DNA of 64,000 bases from an uncultured Desulfosarcina sp. Its GTDB lineage: Bacteria; Desulfobacterota; Desulfobacteria; Desulfobacterales; Desulfosarcinaceae. Positions 48,302 through 57,918 of the stretch are shown here, piece by piece. The stretch is from contig CAXXWQ010000004.1 in NCBI GenBank assembly GCA_963674945.2, positions 1,920,001 to 1,984,000 of the forward strand, given 5' to 3'. Numbering within the stretch: position 1 is the stretch's first letter; each line of letters opens with the position of its first letter. The notes under the pieces are model-generated. The model was not told the DNA's origin. It was given only the letters and a program-made list of their open reading frames with translations, and ran no database searches. Position numbers and translations under genes: made by a program.

Positions 48302-49135
48302 TCAACACTCCCGACGATAAAACAGCGCCTTGACCCTGTCGTATCGAAACACCGGCCCGTCGCGACAAACGAACAGGGGACCGATCTGACAGTGACCGCA
48401 GAGACCGAGACCGCATTTCATGTTCCGTTCCATGGAAAGGATGATCCGCTCTTCATCCAAACCCTTGGCAATGAGCGCCAAAATGGCAAACCGCATCATG
48501 ATTTCAGGTCCGCACAGCAAGGCATAGGTGACCTGAGGATCGAATCGCAGCGACGATATCAATTGGGTGACGACCCCAACATCGCCGCGCCAATCACGAC
48601 GAGCGCTATCCACGGTAACCCGGATGTCCAGATCGAACCTGCCTCGCCAGCGCTGAATCTGTCGACGGAAAAGCAAATCCTGAGGCGTCCGTTCACCGTA
48701 GAGCAAAGTTACCTTGCCATAACGTTCACGGTGGGCAAGGATGGCGTGTAAAGCCGGTCTGAGGGGGGCCAGGCCGATGCCGCCGGCACACATGAGGATG
48801 TCATTGCCCTGCAACAGGTCCATTGGCCAGCCGACACCATAGGGTCCTCTGACACCCAGGGTATCCCCTCGTTTCAGATTTTGCATCCGACCGGTAACCG
48901 TCCCGTAAGCGCGGATCGTATGGACCATGCTGTCGCTTTCGTCAGGATTCCCGCTCAGGGATATGGCCACTTCACCCACACCGGGCAAATAGAGCATATT
49001 GAACTGTCCGGGGAGAAAAGCGGATGTTGAACCAGACGCGTCGGCTTCCAATTCCAGCGTGATCGTATCTCGGGTTTCTGGCGTGGCCCGCCGAATGCGG
49101 TGCCACGTGGGTGTCAGTTGGTCATCCACGTCCAC
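48302..49135 (-). CDS. hydG: Group 3b hydrogenase gamma subunit (FAD/NAD(P)-binding, 2Fe-2S)
   Basis: PGQFNML, RGPYG, GGIGLAPLR, CGPEIMM, ERNMKCGLGLCGHC...CRDGPVF. Confidence 0.92.
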   Translation of the reverse strand: MDVDDQLTPTWHRIRRATPETRDTITLELEADASGSTSAFLPGQFNMLYLPGVGEVAISLSGNPDESDSMVHTIRAYGTVTGRMQNLKRGDTLGVRGPYGVGWPMDLLQGNDILMCAGGIGLAPLRPALHAILAHRERYGKVTLLYGERTPQDLLFRRQIQRWRGRFDLDIRVTVDSARRDWRGDVGVVTQLISSLRFDPQVTYALLCGPEIMMRFAILALIAKGLDEERIILSMERNMKCGLGLCGHCQIGPLFVCRDGPVFRYDRVKALFYRREC

Positions 49136-49140
49136 CTCCG

Positions 49141-49617
49141 CTATGGATGTGAAAGAACCGTGGGTCGGCTGTACAGATCCATCAGTTGCAGCCGCACGGC
49201 CTGCAGGTCTGCGACGACCGCTCGTGAAAGACGCTTGTACAGTTCATGGCCCAGATGGTGGTTCCGTTCGGCCTGTTCCCGCATACAGATCGCCTGCAGG
49301 GATATGGCCTCTACGAAAGTGAGGGCACGGGCATCACAGTGTCGATGATACGGGGGAAACAGCCAGGACCATCCCAAGATGTCTCCACCACACAAGGTCT
49401 GGACCGTCACCGCGCCATGCCGGCCGGAATGCAGTTCGAGAGCGACCCGCCCCTGAAGAACCAGGAAAAATTCATCGGCCGGATCCCCCTGACGGTAAAC
49501 GAACTCCTCGGGTTCGAATACGACTTTATCGGCGCATGTACGAAGTTCGGCATACAGGGTTTCGGGAAACCCTTCGAAGAAAGGATGTCCTCGGATTTCT
49601 TGAACAATCGTTCCCAT
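49141..49617 (-). CDS. Stand-alone cyclic-nucleotide-binding (Crp-type, no HTH) protein
   Basis: HPFFEG, YRQGDPADEFFLVLQGRV, GDILGWSWLFPPY. AAGGA RBS before MGTIV. Confidence 0.85.
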   Translation of the reverse strand: MGTIVQEIRGHPFFEGFPETLYAELRTCADKVVFEPEEFVYRQGDPADEFFLVLQGRVALELHSGRHGAVTVQTLCGGDILGWSWLFPPYHRHCDARALTFVEAISLQAICMREQAERNHHLGHELYKRLSRAVVADLQAVRLQLMDLYSRPTVLSHP

Positions 49618-49647
49618 TGATAATCCTTTCCATGATCGGTCCCAATA

Positions 49648-49691
49648 TTTTACGAATCCGTCCGAACAGCGATTTTTTTCGAGTTCGTCAA
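49648..49691. repeat. Solo end of repeat family B
   Basis: TTTTACGAATCCGTCCGAACAG exactly matches the reverse complement of the left end of the 34328-34477 element. Confidence 0.75.
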
Positions 49692-49694
49692 TAT

Positions 49695-50819
49695 TTAACC
49701 GGCGATACATTCCGCTTCCCGACGAAGGTCGATACCGGCCGGGCACCAGGTGATGCAACGTCCGCACCCCACGCAACCCGGTACGCCGAACTGATCCTTC
49801 CAGGTCACCAGCTTGTGCAAAAACCAATGGCGGTAGCGGCTTCTGACGGAAGCACGAACGCTTCCTCCGTGAAGGTAGCTAAAGTCCAAGTTGAAGCAGG
49901 AATCCTGGATACGAAGGCGTTGGGCCTGGCTGCCATCCAACGACCCCGTGTCTGCCAGGGTGTAACAGAAGCAAGTGGGGCATACCATGGTGCAGTTGCC
50001 GCAGGCCAGGCAGCGCAAATCCAATGAATGCCAATGGGGGGCGTCGAAGCGATCCTGTAGAAGCGAACCCATGTCAGACAAATTGGGTGCCCCATCCATG
50101 TGGGAAGCCGCCTCATCGGCAAGAATCTTTAATCTCGCCACCATTTGCTCCGGGGCCGGACCGCATCCGGTCTTTTCGAGAACCTCTGCGCCCTTGCGGC
50201 TGCCCGGTTCGGCCATGAGCAAGGAATGATCTTTCTCGACGACTTCATTCAAAACGATATCGAATCCGGAAACCGCAATCGGACTTCCCCCCACGGCCGT
50301 ACAGAAACAGGTGCCACCGGGCTGGAAACAATTTACGACAATGATAAAAAGATGTTTTCTGAGAAAAGCGTAAATAGGATCCGCATAGACCTGTTGCAAA
50401 AGAACCGTATCAAGTATTTCCAAGGCGTGAAGATCGCAGGGTCGCATGCCAACGAATCCAAAAGAGGGAAGAGGTGCGTCCGTTTTTTGGGTGAAGATCT
50501 TTCCATCTCGGATGTCTGCTTGCCAACTCACCCATTCCGGTGGGAACAGAAATCTTTTCCAGGGATGAGGACCGCAACTGAATTGAAAAAAGCCTTGATC
50601 CCCGTTTTTTATCAGTTCGTATTCCCCCGCAGATTGGCGGTCGGTCCACCCGAAAGGAAGATCCTCGATGGAAACCAACCGGTCCAGGACGATGGCCGCA
50701 TCTTTGACCGTCGGTCCTATGGTTTCATAACCATAACCGTGAAGAGTGTCTATAAGCTGTTGAAGGCCAGTTGAAGTCAACTGGAAGACAGTGGCCATGA
50801 ACGGAATCCTTTCGTCCAC
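49695..50819 (-). CDS. hydB: Group 3b hydrogenase beta subunit (4Fe-4S)
   Basis: RPCDL, TCFC, CLACGNCTMVCPTCFC, CVGCGRCITWCP. Start GTG 50819 or ATG 50798. Confidence 0.92.
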   Translation of the reverse strand: MDERIPFMATVFQLTSTGLQQLIDTLHGYGYETIGPTVKDAAIVLDRLVSIEDLPFGWTDRQSAGEYELIKNGDQGFFQFSCGPHPWKRFLFPPEWVSWQADIRDGKIFTQKTDAPLPSFGFVGMRPCDLHALEILDTVLLQQVYADPIYAFLRKHLFIIVVNCFQPGGTCFCTAVGGSPIAVSGFDIVLNEVVEKDHSLLMAEPGSRKGAEVLEKTGCGPAPEQMVARLKILADEAASHMDGAPNLSDMGSLLQDRFDAPHWHSLDLRCLACGNCTMVCPTCFCYTLADTGSLDGSQAQRLRIQDSCFNLDFSYLHGGSVRASVRSRYRHWFLHKLVTWKDQFGVPGCVGCGRCITWCPAGIDLRREAECIAG

Positions 50820-50927
50820 AGTAACGACGGTATTCTCTGGCCATATTCCCCTTCACCGGCCATACGACGATGAATTCATTTCCTTTGATCTGAATATGGC
50901 CTGTCACTTGCTCTGACAAATCAATGT

Positions 50928-50943
50928 GGCATAAATCATGCCA
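50928..50943 (-). promoter_or_regulatory. Sigma54 promoter of the group 3b hydrogenase operon
   Basis: Minus strand TGGCATGATTTATGCC (GG-N10-GC). The site is palindromic and also reads GG-N10-GC on the plus strand. Confidence 0.6.
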
Positions 50944-51231
50944 CTTGACCTTCCATCCCAGTTCTCTCCCAGCCGATGCACTGCCACTTGTACAAGTCGT
51001 TCATGATCCCATGTCCACAAGACCTGTACCTCAGACACATATGGATGTCCACCGCCACGACCGTATGCTGCGGTGCCGGTCCTGTTGCCAGTCATTGTTT
51101 TACAAGGTGTAAAAAAGAGTGACAGAGAAAATCGGTAGCGGGTATCCGTGCGTGGATAGTCGTTGACCCGAAAAACCCCATTGCTGGGGCCAAGCCATGA
51201 TAAATGCAACCGAGCTGTACTGTTTTACTTA

Positions 51232-51247
51232 TGGCATATCCTTTGCT
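51232..51247 (+). promoter_or_regulatory. Sigma54 promoter of the tandem USP gene
   Basis: TGGCATATCCTTTGCT, close to the TGGCAC-N5-TTGC consensus. Confidence 0.75.
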
Positions 51248-51412
51248 CAATTATTCATCGAAGGATTCATCGAGGAAATGTGCCGAGATCCTTTCAAAAC
51301 GGAGGCACAGGTGCCGTTTGGTCGTGTGTTTATCGAATTTACCGTTCTTGCCGATTCAAACTCCATATGGCCTCCGAGCCAAAATGCCAAACCCCAAAAG
51401 TAGAGGTGAACC

Positions 51413-52348
51413 ATGGTAAAAAATTCGGTCATCCTCGTGGCGATAGATGGGTCGCCCACGTCCATGGACATGGTATCCTACCTTAGCGAAATCCTGTCGC
51501 CGAATCATGTCAGCGTAGAACTGTTCCATATCATGGCAAGGGCACCCGAACCCTTTTATGATCTGGGTGTCACCGATGAAGCGGCTGATTACGAAGCCGA
51601 AATCAGTCACTGGTCCCGAAAAAACCGGTCGGAAATCGACGAGTGCATGGAAACAGCCAAGAAAAAATTCATGTCTTCCGGTTTTCCGGAAGAGGCCGTT
51701 TGTATTACCATACAAAATCAGCAGATCGGTATCGCCCGGGACATCATCAACAAAGCCAGGCTGGGCTGTTCGGCTTTGGCCGTCGGAAGACGCGGTTTCG
51801 GAACGCTTCCCGATTATATGATGGGCGGTGTTGCGGCCAAACTGGTCGAGACCATCACCCATGTCCCCATTGCCGTCGTGGGGAATCGGCCGGATGCAAG
51901 AAAGATCCTGGTGGCGTTCGATCGCTCCCGTGATATCCAGAAAGGACTCGAACAGGTCAGTGACCATTTCATCCGATCCATCGAAGAAATCTTGCTATGC
52001 CACATTGTTCGCCCCCTGGCTGTTCCCGCCCGTCCCATACAGACATTTTTCACCCAAAACCATGAAATCCAATGGTTGGACGAAAATTCCCGCAAGATCA
52101 TCCCGGCCATGGTCAAGGCGAAACAACGGCTGAAGGAAATCGGTTACGATACGGAAAATTTCCGAACGGAGATAATAAAAGAGAAGACCAGCCGGGCCGA
52201 TGCCCTCGCCAAAGAAGCGGCGGCCATGAATTTCGGAACCATCATCATCGGACGACGGGGCGCCAGCGCCGTAGAGGAGTTCAGCATGGGACGGGTCACG
52301 CGAAAGGTCCTTTCCCTTTGCCTGGAATCGGCCGTGTGGATTGTCTGA
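51413..52348 (+). CDS. Tandem-domain universal stress protein
   Basis: ILVAIDGS...VGRRG...MGGVA and ILVAFDRS...IGRRG...MGRVT. Confidence 0.9.
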   Translation: MVKNSVILVAIDGSPTSMDMVSYLSEILSPNHVSVELFHIMARAPEPFYDLGVTDEAADYEAEISHWSRKNRSEIDECMETAKKKFMSSGFPEEAVCITIQNQQIGIARDIINKARLGCSALAVGRRGFGTLPDYMMGGVAAKLVETITHVPIAVVGNRPDARKILVAFDRSRDIQKGLEQVSDHFIRSIEEILLCHIVRPLAVPARPIQTFFTQNHEIQWLDENSRKIIPAMVKAKQRLKEIGYDTENFRTEIIKEKTSRADALAKEAAAMNFGTIIIGRRGASAVEEFSMGRVTRKVLSLCLESAVWIV

Positions 52349-52362
52349 CAGCCGCCTTCAAA

Positions 52363-52710
52363 TCACTCCGGCGTCTTTTCCTGGCCGATCATGACCACCG
52401 TCTCCTTTTGACGGGACGGTGGCCCCACAGCCGCTTCCTGGTGCAGGCAGTGCCGGGGGCAAGCCTCTACGCAGACCCCGCATCCGATACAGACATGTGC
52501 ATCGAGAACCCAGCGGCGCAACGGACGCGCCACCTCGATGCAGGCGCTGGGACATTTGACGCCACAAACGCCACAAAAATTGCATCCTTCGATACGATTC
52601 ACCACACGGCCACGTGTATTTGAAAACGGGGGTCTTGCCGTTCGGGGATAGTGCCGGGTGGCCGGCCCGTGAATAACATTCGAGAAAATGTGGGGCGTCA
52701 TCGTAAACAC
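52363..52710 (-). CDS. echF: Ech hydrogenase ferredoxin-like subunit
   Basis: GPATRHYP, CNFCGVCGVKCP, CIGCGVCVEACP. Confidence 0.88.
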   Translation of the reverse strand: MFTMTPHIFSNVIHGPATRHYPRTARPPFSNTRGRVVNRIEGCNFCGVCGVKCPSACIEVARPLRRWVLDAHVCIGCGVCVEACPRHCLHQEAAVGPPSRQKETVVMIGQEKTPE

Positions 52711-52723
52711 GACGATTCTCCTT

Positions 52724-53800
52724 TCACCGCTCCAGACAACTCATGCATGGGTCGATACTCAACACCACCACCGGAACGTCGGACAGGTAAATACCGGGTA
52801 GCAGTTTGACCAGCACCGGAACGTTGGCAAAAGTGGGGGTCCGGATGCGGACCCGGGCAAGGTGCTTTTCACCCTCGGCCAGAATGTAATACACGACTTC
52901 TCCCCTGGGTTGTTCGACCCTTACGAAGGCCTCTCCCCTGGGTCGGCCACGGACCTCGGCACGGATATCGCCATCGGGTATTTGGGCAAGGGCCTGACCG
53001 ATCAGCCGGATACTTTGATGGACCTCCCCCAACCGGACCATGCATCGGGCATGGCAATCGCCGTCTGTTTCGGTCACCGGTTCGAAATCCAGTTCATCAT
53101 AGGCCGCATATCCGGTCTGACGCATATCCTGGGCGATACCGCTGGCCCGTGCCACCGGCCCTACGGCACCCAGGTCATAGGCCTGATCAGCCGTTAGAAT
53201 GCCCTTCCCCACGGTCCGTTTCCGGATGGTGAAATTATCCCTGAACACCGGTTCGATCCGACGGACCTGGTCCTGGACCCAAGCGAGCTGTTCCATGATC
53301 CATGCGCCTTGACCGGCGTCCATATCCCTGCAGACGCCCCCCACCCGGATGGTTCCGAAGATGACCCGGTTTCCACAGGTCGCCTCCTGAATATCCACGA
53401 CCCGTTCGCGAATTTTCCACATCTGCATGAACAGGCTTTCGAAACCCATGCTGTCGGCAAACAGTCCCATCCATAACAGGTGGCTGTGCAGCCGCAGCAG
53501 TTCACCCCAGATCACCCGGAGATAGCGGGCCCGGGGGGGCACCGCGATTCCCATGATGGTCTCCACTCCCTGACAGTAACAAATGGCATGCAGTACCGAG
53601 CAGATACCGCATACACGCTCTACGACCTGGACCATCTGATGAAAATCACGACTTTGGGCCAGTGACTCCAACCCCCTGTGGAGATAGCCCAGAGCCGGAA
53701 CCGCCTCCATGACGATTTCGTCTTCCACGGTCAGTTTGAACTGAAGCGGTTCGGGGAACACGGGATGTTGAGGGCCGAATGGGATGACCGACCTTCTCAT
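52724..53800 (-). CDS. echE: Ech hydrogenase large subunit (group 4)
   Basis: PFGPQHP, GYLHRGLE, ERVCGICS, EQPRGE, ends DPCMSCLER with no extension. Confidence 0.93.
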   Translation of the reverse strand: MRRSVIPFGPQHPVFPEPLQFKLTVEDEIVMEAVPALGYLHRGLESLAQSRDFHQMVQVVERVCGICSVLHAICYCQGVETIMGIAVPPRARYLRVIWGELLRLHSHLLWMGLFADSMGFESLFMQMWKIRERVVDIQEATCGNRVIFGTIRVGGVCRDMDAGQGAWIMEQLAWVQDQVRRIEPVFRDNFTIRKRTVGKGILTADQAYDLGAVGPVARASGIAQDMRQTGYAAYDELDFEPVTETDGDCHARCMVRLGEVHQSIRLIGQALAQIPDGDIRAEVRGRPRGEAFVRVEQPRGEVVYYILAEGEKHLARVRIRTPTFANVPVLVKLLPGIYLSDVPVVVLSIDPCMSCLER

Positions 53801-54210
53801 GCGCCACCTCCAGGTATCGATGGTCGATCATGGGACACGGCGCATGAGACATCCTTCGATGAACCGTCAGTGAAAAAAGGCGTTGTCTTCGTTGTCGCGG
53901 TCAGAAACAGCTTGCAATCGTAATCCAATACCAGCTTGGAAAAACGGATATGGAACAAATCCTGAATCTCGTTTTCGGCCAGGAAAGCGGCAAAGCAGAT
54001 CGGCGATATGCTGGGCACGACATCGGAAAACGACACAGTAAGTCGAAGGTGAAGGGGAACCAACTGTTTATCGAAATGATACAACACCTGTGCCTGGTCG
54101 CTGCCCGTGTTGAGGCCGGACAGGGTCACCAGGCGGTAGCCCTCTGTTTTCAGCCGCGCCACCTCCCCTAAAAGCGTCGAGGTCGTCACGTCCACTACGT
54201 CACCGTTCAT
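53797..54210 (-). CDS. echD: Ech hydrogenase NuoC-like subunit
   Basis: GYRLVTLS, LYHFD, VPSIS, ENEIQDLF. Position between echC and echE. Confidence 0.85.
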   Translation of the reverse strand: MNGDVVDVTTSTLLGEVARLKTEGYRLVTLSGLNTGSDQAQVLYHFDKQLVPLHLRLTVSFSDVVPSISPICFAAFLAENEIQDLFHIRFSKLVLDYDCKLFLTATTKTTPFFTDGSSKDVSCAVSHDRPSIPGGGA

Positions 54211-54237
54211 TCAACACCTTCCCCCATGGAACCGGAT

Positions 54238-54720
54238 TTACGTTTTTCGTACAGGTCGTTCCAGACATTGCCTCGCCTGAATCAGTCCGTCGATGATAGC
54301 CTCGGGACGAGGCGGGCAACCCGGCACATAGATATCCACCGGGACAATTCGGTCCACGCCCCCCACCACATTGTACGCCGAGCGAAAGATGCCACCGGAC
54401 AATCCGCAGGCACCCACAGCCATCACCACTTTGGGCGAAGGCATCTGTGCGTACAGGTTGGCCAGCACACGACCGTTTCGGCCGTTGACCGTACCGGTGA
54501 CCAGCAGCAGATCGGCATGGAGGGGATTGCCTACGTTAATGACGCCGAACCGCTCCACATCATATACCGGTGTCAGGCAGGCCAACACCTCGATGTCACA
54601 GCCGTTGCAACTGCCACAATCGAAATGAAGCAGCCACGGCGACCGGCTCCTTGCCCGCCGGACCAGTTTATGAATCCATCGTATGGGCATGGTACTTACC
54701 GACATACAAGGTTTTATCAC
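54238..54720 (-). CDS. echC: Ech hydrogenase small subunit
   Basis: SPW, GSCNGCDIE, GACGLSGG, PGCPPRPE. Start uncertain. Confidence 0.92.
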   Translation of the reverse strand: MIKPCMSVSTMPIRWIHKLVRRARSRSPWLLHFDCGSCNGCDIEVLACLTPVYDVERFGVINVGNPLHADLLLVTGTVNGRNGRVLANLYAQMPSPKVVMAVGACGLSGGIFRSAYNVVGGVDRIVPVDIYVPGCPPRPEAIIDGLIQARQCLERPVRKT

Positions 54721-54729
54721 CTCAAGCGC

Positions 54730-55581
54730 TCACCCGTGATAGCGCCAGATCAGGTTCACCAGGCACATGGATAATCCCACAATCCACCCAGATAACATCA
54801 TCCATCGCCAGTTGAGACGTGCCGTTGCGTTGTCAACGACGATCACGGCACCATAAACGACCATTGCCAACAGGACCATGGGCACGGGACCGGTTGCCCA
54901 GAACAGGCCGCAGTATCCCAACATCAGAACGGTTTCATACCAGTGGCCGATTTCGATCATACCCAGTAGGGGACCGGAAAAATCGGTTAAGACGCCCCTG
55001 ACCAATTCCTGGTGCGCATGATGGCTGGCCGACAGGTCAAAAGGCGATTTTCTCAGTTTAATGACCAGCACCAGGCATAGGGGAAAAAAGAGCAGCGGCA
55101 GTTTCAAAATCAGCGGCGCGTCGTGCAGGAATACCGTTTCGATTGTAAAGGAACCGGTTTCCAGATAAATCCCCACGCCTGCCAAAAACAACAGGGGTTC
55201 ATAGGATAGCATTTGCATCAGCTCTCGATGCGCGCCCAACTGGCTGTAGGGTGAGGTGGATGCCAGGGCACCCATGACCAGAAACACCGCCCCCACCGCC
55301 TGGATAAAGAGGATCAGCAACAGATCCGACTGCATGAAAAACAGCACCAGGGCCAACATGGTGGCAAAGAGGTAGTTGCAGGCACAAAAGGCCTGCCAGC
55401 CGTTGATCACCACCTGTTCTTTGGCAAGCAGCTTGATCACGTCAAAATAGGGCTGCCATAAAGGCGGTCCCACACGCGCCTGACACCGGGCGGTAACGAT
55501 ACGGTCCAGCCCGCCGGCCAATCCGCCCAGCACCGGTCCGGCGGCCACGGCGATTGCCAGGGCCATGATCGGATGGTTCAT
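54730..55581 (-). CDS. echB: Ech hydrogenase membrane subunit (NuoH-like)
   Basis: DRIVTARCQARVGPPLWQPYFD, KSPFD, HQELVRG. Confidence 0.9.
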   Translation of the reverse strand: MNHPIMALAIAVAAGPVLGGLAGGLDRIVTARCQARVGPPLWQPYFDVIKLLAKEQVVINGWQAFCACNYLFATMLALVLFFMQSDLLLILFIQAVGAVFLVMGALASTSPYSQLGAHRELMQMLSYEPLLFLAGVGIYLETGSFTIETVFLHDAPLILKLPLLFFPLCLVLVIKLRKSPFDLSASHHAHQELVRGVLTDFSGPLLGMIEIGHWYETVLMLGYCGLFWATGPVPMVLLAMVVYGAVIVVDNATARLNWRWMMLSGWIVGLSMCLVNLIWRYHG

Positions 55582-57521
55582 CGTACACCTCCCAAAAAAA
55601 GAACCAGCAGAACCACGGCAATGGTATTGAGCCATACCGTCAAATTCTTTTCACCGAAGATCGAGGTCAGATAGTAATTTTTGGCCCCGGCTTTTACCGG
55701 TTGATCCATGGGACCGTTGAACACGGTAGGAGCAACGGTCTGCTCACCGCACAAATATGGACTCACGCGGCGGCCCCGGCTGGCGTGACGGAAGGCCAAA
55801 ACGGCGACGATACACCCGGCCAGAACCAGAAGACATAGTGGAAAAACGGCGAAACGGCCCACGGCACTTTCCATGACGCCCCCATGAACCATGAAATCCG
55901 CCGAAAATACCCGGCCACCGTTCGCGGCCATGAGTATTATTTCGTACAACCATGGCGCGGCGGCACTGAGACCGGCGGCACCGGCACTCAGGGAAAGTAG
56001 AACCATCCATGTATAAAAAGGCATATGCTCGAACCGATAGGGAATCACGACCGGTTCACTCATCAAGAGTCCGGCCCAACGGGCCCAGTACATTACCGTC
56101 ATCGCACTGCCGGCCACGACCAGGACAATCACTTCCATGTGTGCCGCGGCCGATTCTATGGCCATCCATTTACCGAGCACCATGCCGAAGGGAGGCATGA
56201 TCATCATGAGAACACCGGCAACGGTCATCAGGGCGGTGGTGGGCATGACGCCGTACAGGCCCAGCATGTCCTCGATATCCCGGCTGTGGATATGTTGTTC
56301 GATCGTCCCCACACACAAGAAGAGAAGGGCCTTTGTGACCGCATGAAAAAGCAACAGGTAAACGGCTGCGGTCAGGGAGAAAGACGTATTGATTCCGATG
56401 CAGGCGACGATCAATCCCAGGTTGCTGATGGTGGAATAGGCCAACACTTTTTTACCGTTGTGCTGACCCACCGCCAGTGCCGCCGCAGCCATGAAGACAA
56501 AACCGCCGTAAACGGCCATGCATGGACTTAAAAAAGTGTTATGGAAAAGCGGTGCCAGTCGAATGAGCATGTAAATCCCCGCCTTGACCATGGTACTGGC
56601 ATGCAGTAGCGCTGATACCGGTGTGGGGGCGACCATGGCCCCCAACAGCCAGGATTGAAAGGGGAATTGGGCCGCTTTGACGAATGCGGCAAGGCAGAGC
56701 AATGAAAGAGCCGGCAACAGCAATTTCGCGGCAGGATTGTCGGCGCCAACCATCAACAGACGAAAATCCAATGTCTTCGCCGAAGTTTGGATCAGGACCA
56801 GGGCAAGGACAAAGGAGAGGCCACCGAAACTGTTCATCCATAGGGCGCGAAGAGCAGAATCTGTGGCATCGGTGGTGCGATCGTGGCCGATGAGGCAAAA
56901 TGAGCATAGTGTGGTCAATTCGAAAAAAAAGTAAAGATGGTGAAGTTGGTTTGACAGCACCAGTCCGTTCATGGCCCCTATAAACAATAGCATCATGAAA
57001 AAAAACCGGGGTTGGGCAGATATGGCAAGGGACAGATGACGCTCGTGATTTTGCATGTAGGCAATGGCGTGGAAGCAGACCAGCGGCCCCACCAGATTGA
57101 TGATCAGAATCATGGCGACGGACAGACCATCGGCATGAAAGACAACGGCGTCAACAGGAACGGACGGCGGTGCCAGCAGCTCCAATGCCCCCAGCAAAAG
57201 GATTTGGGCAACGCTTAAAAAAACGACCCTCCGGCTTTTGAATCGGAAACCGAAATAGAGGAAAAGAGAAAGCAGGATCACGTCGGTTGCCGTGATCGTA
57301 CGGTCCAGTAGAACACCGCCCACGTCGGCGGCGGTGAGGATGACCGGTGCGTTCCACACCAGCATCACGGCACCGGCACCCAGCATCAGTCCGGAAAACA
57401 AGATGATTCCATTGCGCAACAACCCCTCATGACGCAGGCTGAGGCATATGAGGGCGGCGAGCAATGGAAGTATCAGACTGGATAAAAAGAAAAAGGCTGC
57501 CATATCAGTCGATAAAATCAT
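55578..57521 (-). CDS. echA: Ech hydrogenase antiporter-like membrane subunit (NuoL-like)
   Basis: FFELTT, KAAQFPFQSWL, APTPVSALLHASTMVKAG, KKVLAYSTIS, HAVTKALLF. Confidence 0.92.
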   Translation of the reverse strand: MILSTDMAAFFFLSSLILPLLAALICLSLRHEGLLRNGIILFSGLMLGAGAVMLVWNAPVILTAADVGGVLLDRTITATDVILLSLFLYFGFRFKSRRVVFLSVAQILLLGALELLAPPSVPVDAVVFHADGLSVAMILIINLVGPLVCFHAIAYMQNHERHLSLAISAQPRFFFMMLLFIGAMNGLVLSNQLHHLYFFFELTTLCSFCLIGHDRTTDATDSALRALWMNSFGGLSFVLALVLIQTSAKTLDFRLLMVGADNPAAKLLLPALSLLCLAAFVKAAQFPFQSWLLGAMVAPTPVSALLHASTMVKAGIYMLIRLAPLFHNTFLSPCMAVYGGFVFMAAAALAVGQHNGKKVLAYSTISNLGLIVACIGINTSFSLTAAVYLLLFHAVTKALLFLCVGTIEQHIHSRDIEDMLGLYGVMPTTALMTVAGVLMMIMPPFGMVLGKWMAIESAAAHMEVIVLVVAGSAMTVMYWARWAGLLMSEPVVIPYRFEHMPFYTWMVLLSLSAGAAGLSAAAPWLYEIILMAANGGRVFSADFMVHGGVMESAVGRFAVFPLCLLVLAGCIVAVLAFRHASRGRRVSPYLCGEQTVAPTVFNGPMDQPVKAGAKNYYLTSIFGEKNLTVWLNTIAVVLLVLFLGGVR

Positions 57522-57588
57522 GGATCGATAACACGATGATGTTTGTTTCTCTTTTCAAAATTGAGCGATCAGCCGTCAGCTAATTAGC

Positions 57589-57604
57589 AGCATAAATCAC
57601 GCCA
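57589..57604 (-). promoter_or_regulatory. Sigma54 promoter of the ech operon
   Basis: Minus strand TGGCGTGATTTATGCT (GG-N10-GC), about 70 bp upstream of echA. Confidence 0.65.
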
Positions 57605-57758
57605 AAACATAAACAACCGATATTTGTGTTTATTTTCCCACAACCACTTCACCTGTCAAAAAAGATCGTCAGAATTGTTTACAGGCTGGAAAAATGTAAA
57701 ACGGTGCGTCGTAATTATCGGTCTCCAATGCCGTGGTTTGATCCATTCATAAAAACGC

Positions 57759-57787
57759 TTGACAGAGATAAGCAGACCTTGTAGTTT
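57759..57787 (+). promoter_or_regulatory. Sigma70 promoter of the aromatic amino-acid operon
   Basis: TTGACA (57759-57764), 17-nt spacer, TAGTTT (57782-57787), just upstream of the leader ORF RBS. Confidence 0.75.
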
Positions 57788-57815
57788 GACGCGACTTTTT
57801 GAAAGGGACGGATTG

Positions 57816-57890
57816 ATGCTTCGTTTTTTTACCGGCAGATATTTTTATTTTTATTACTTTTTTAGCAAAGGTCTGCCCGGCGCGCGCTGA
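57816..57890 (+). CDS. Phe/Tyr-rich attenuator leader peptide, 24 aa
   Basis: GAAAGGGA RBS, MLRFFTGRYFYFYYFFSKGLPGAR* with 6 Phe and 4 Tyr codons, including 8 consecutive Tyr/Phe codons. Confidence 0.88.
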   Translation: MLRFFTGRYFYFYYFFSKGLPGAR

Positions 57891-57918
57891 ATGTCCTGAG
57901 AAACCAAAAAGACAAACC

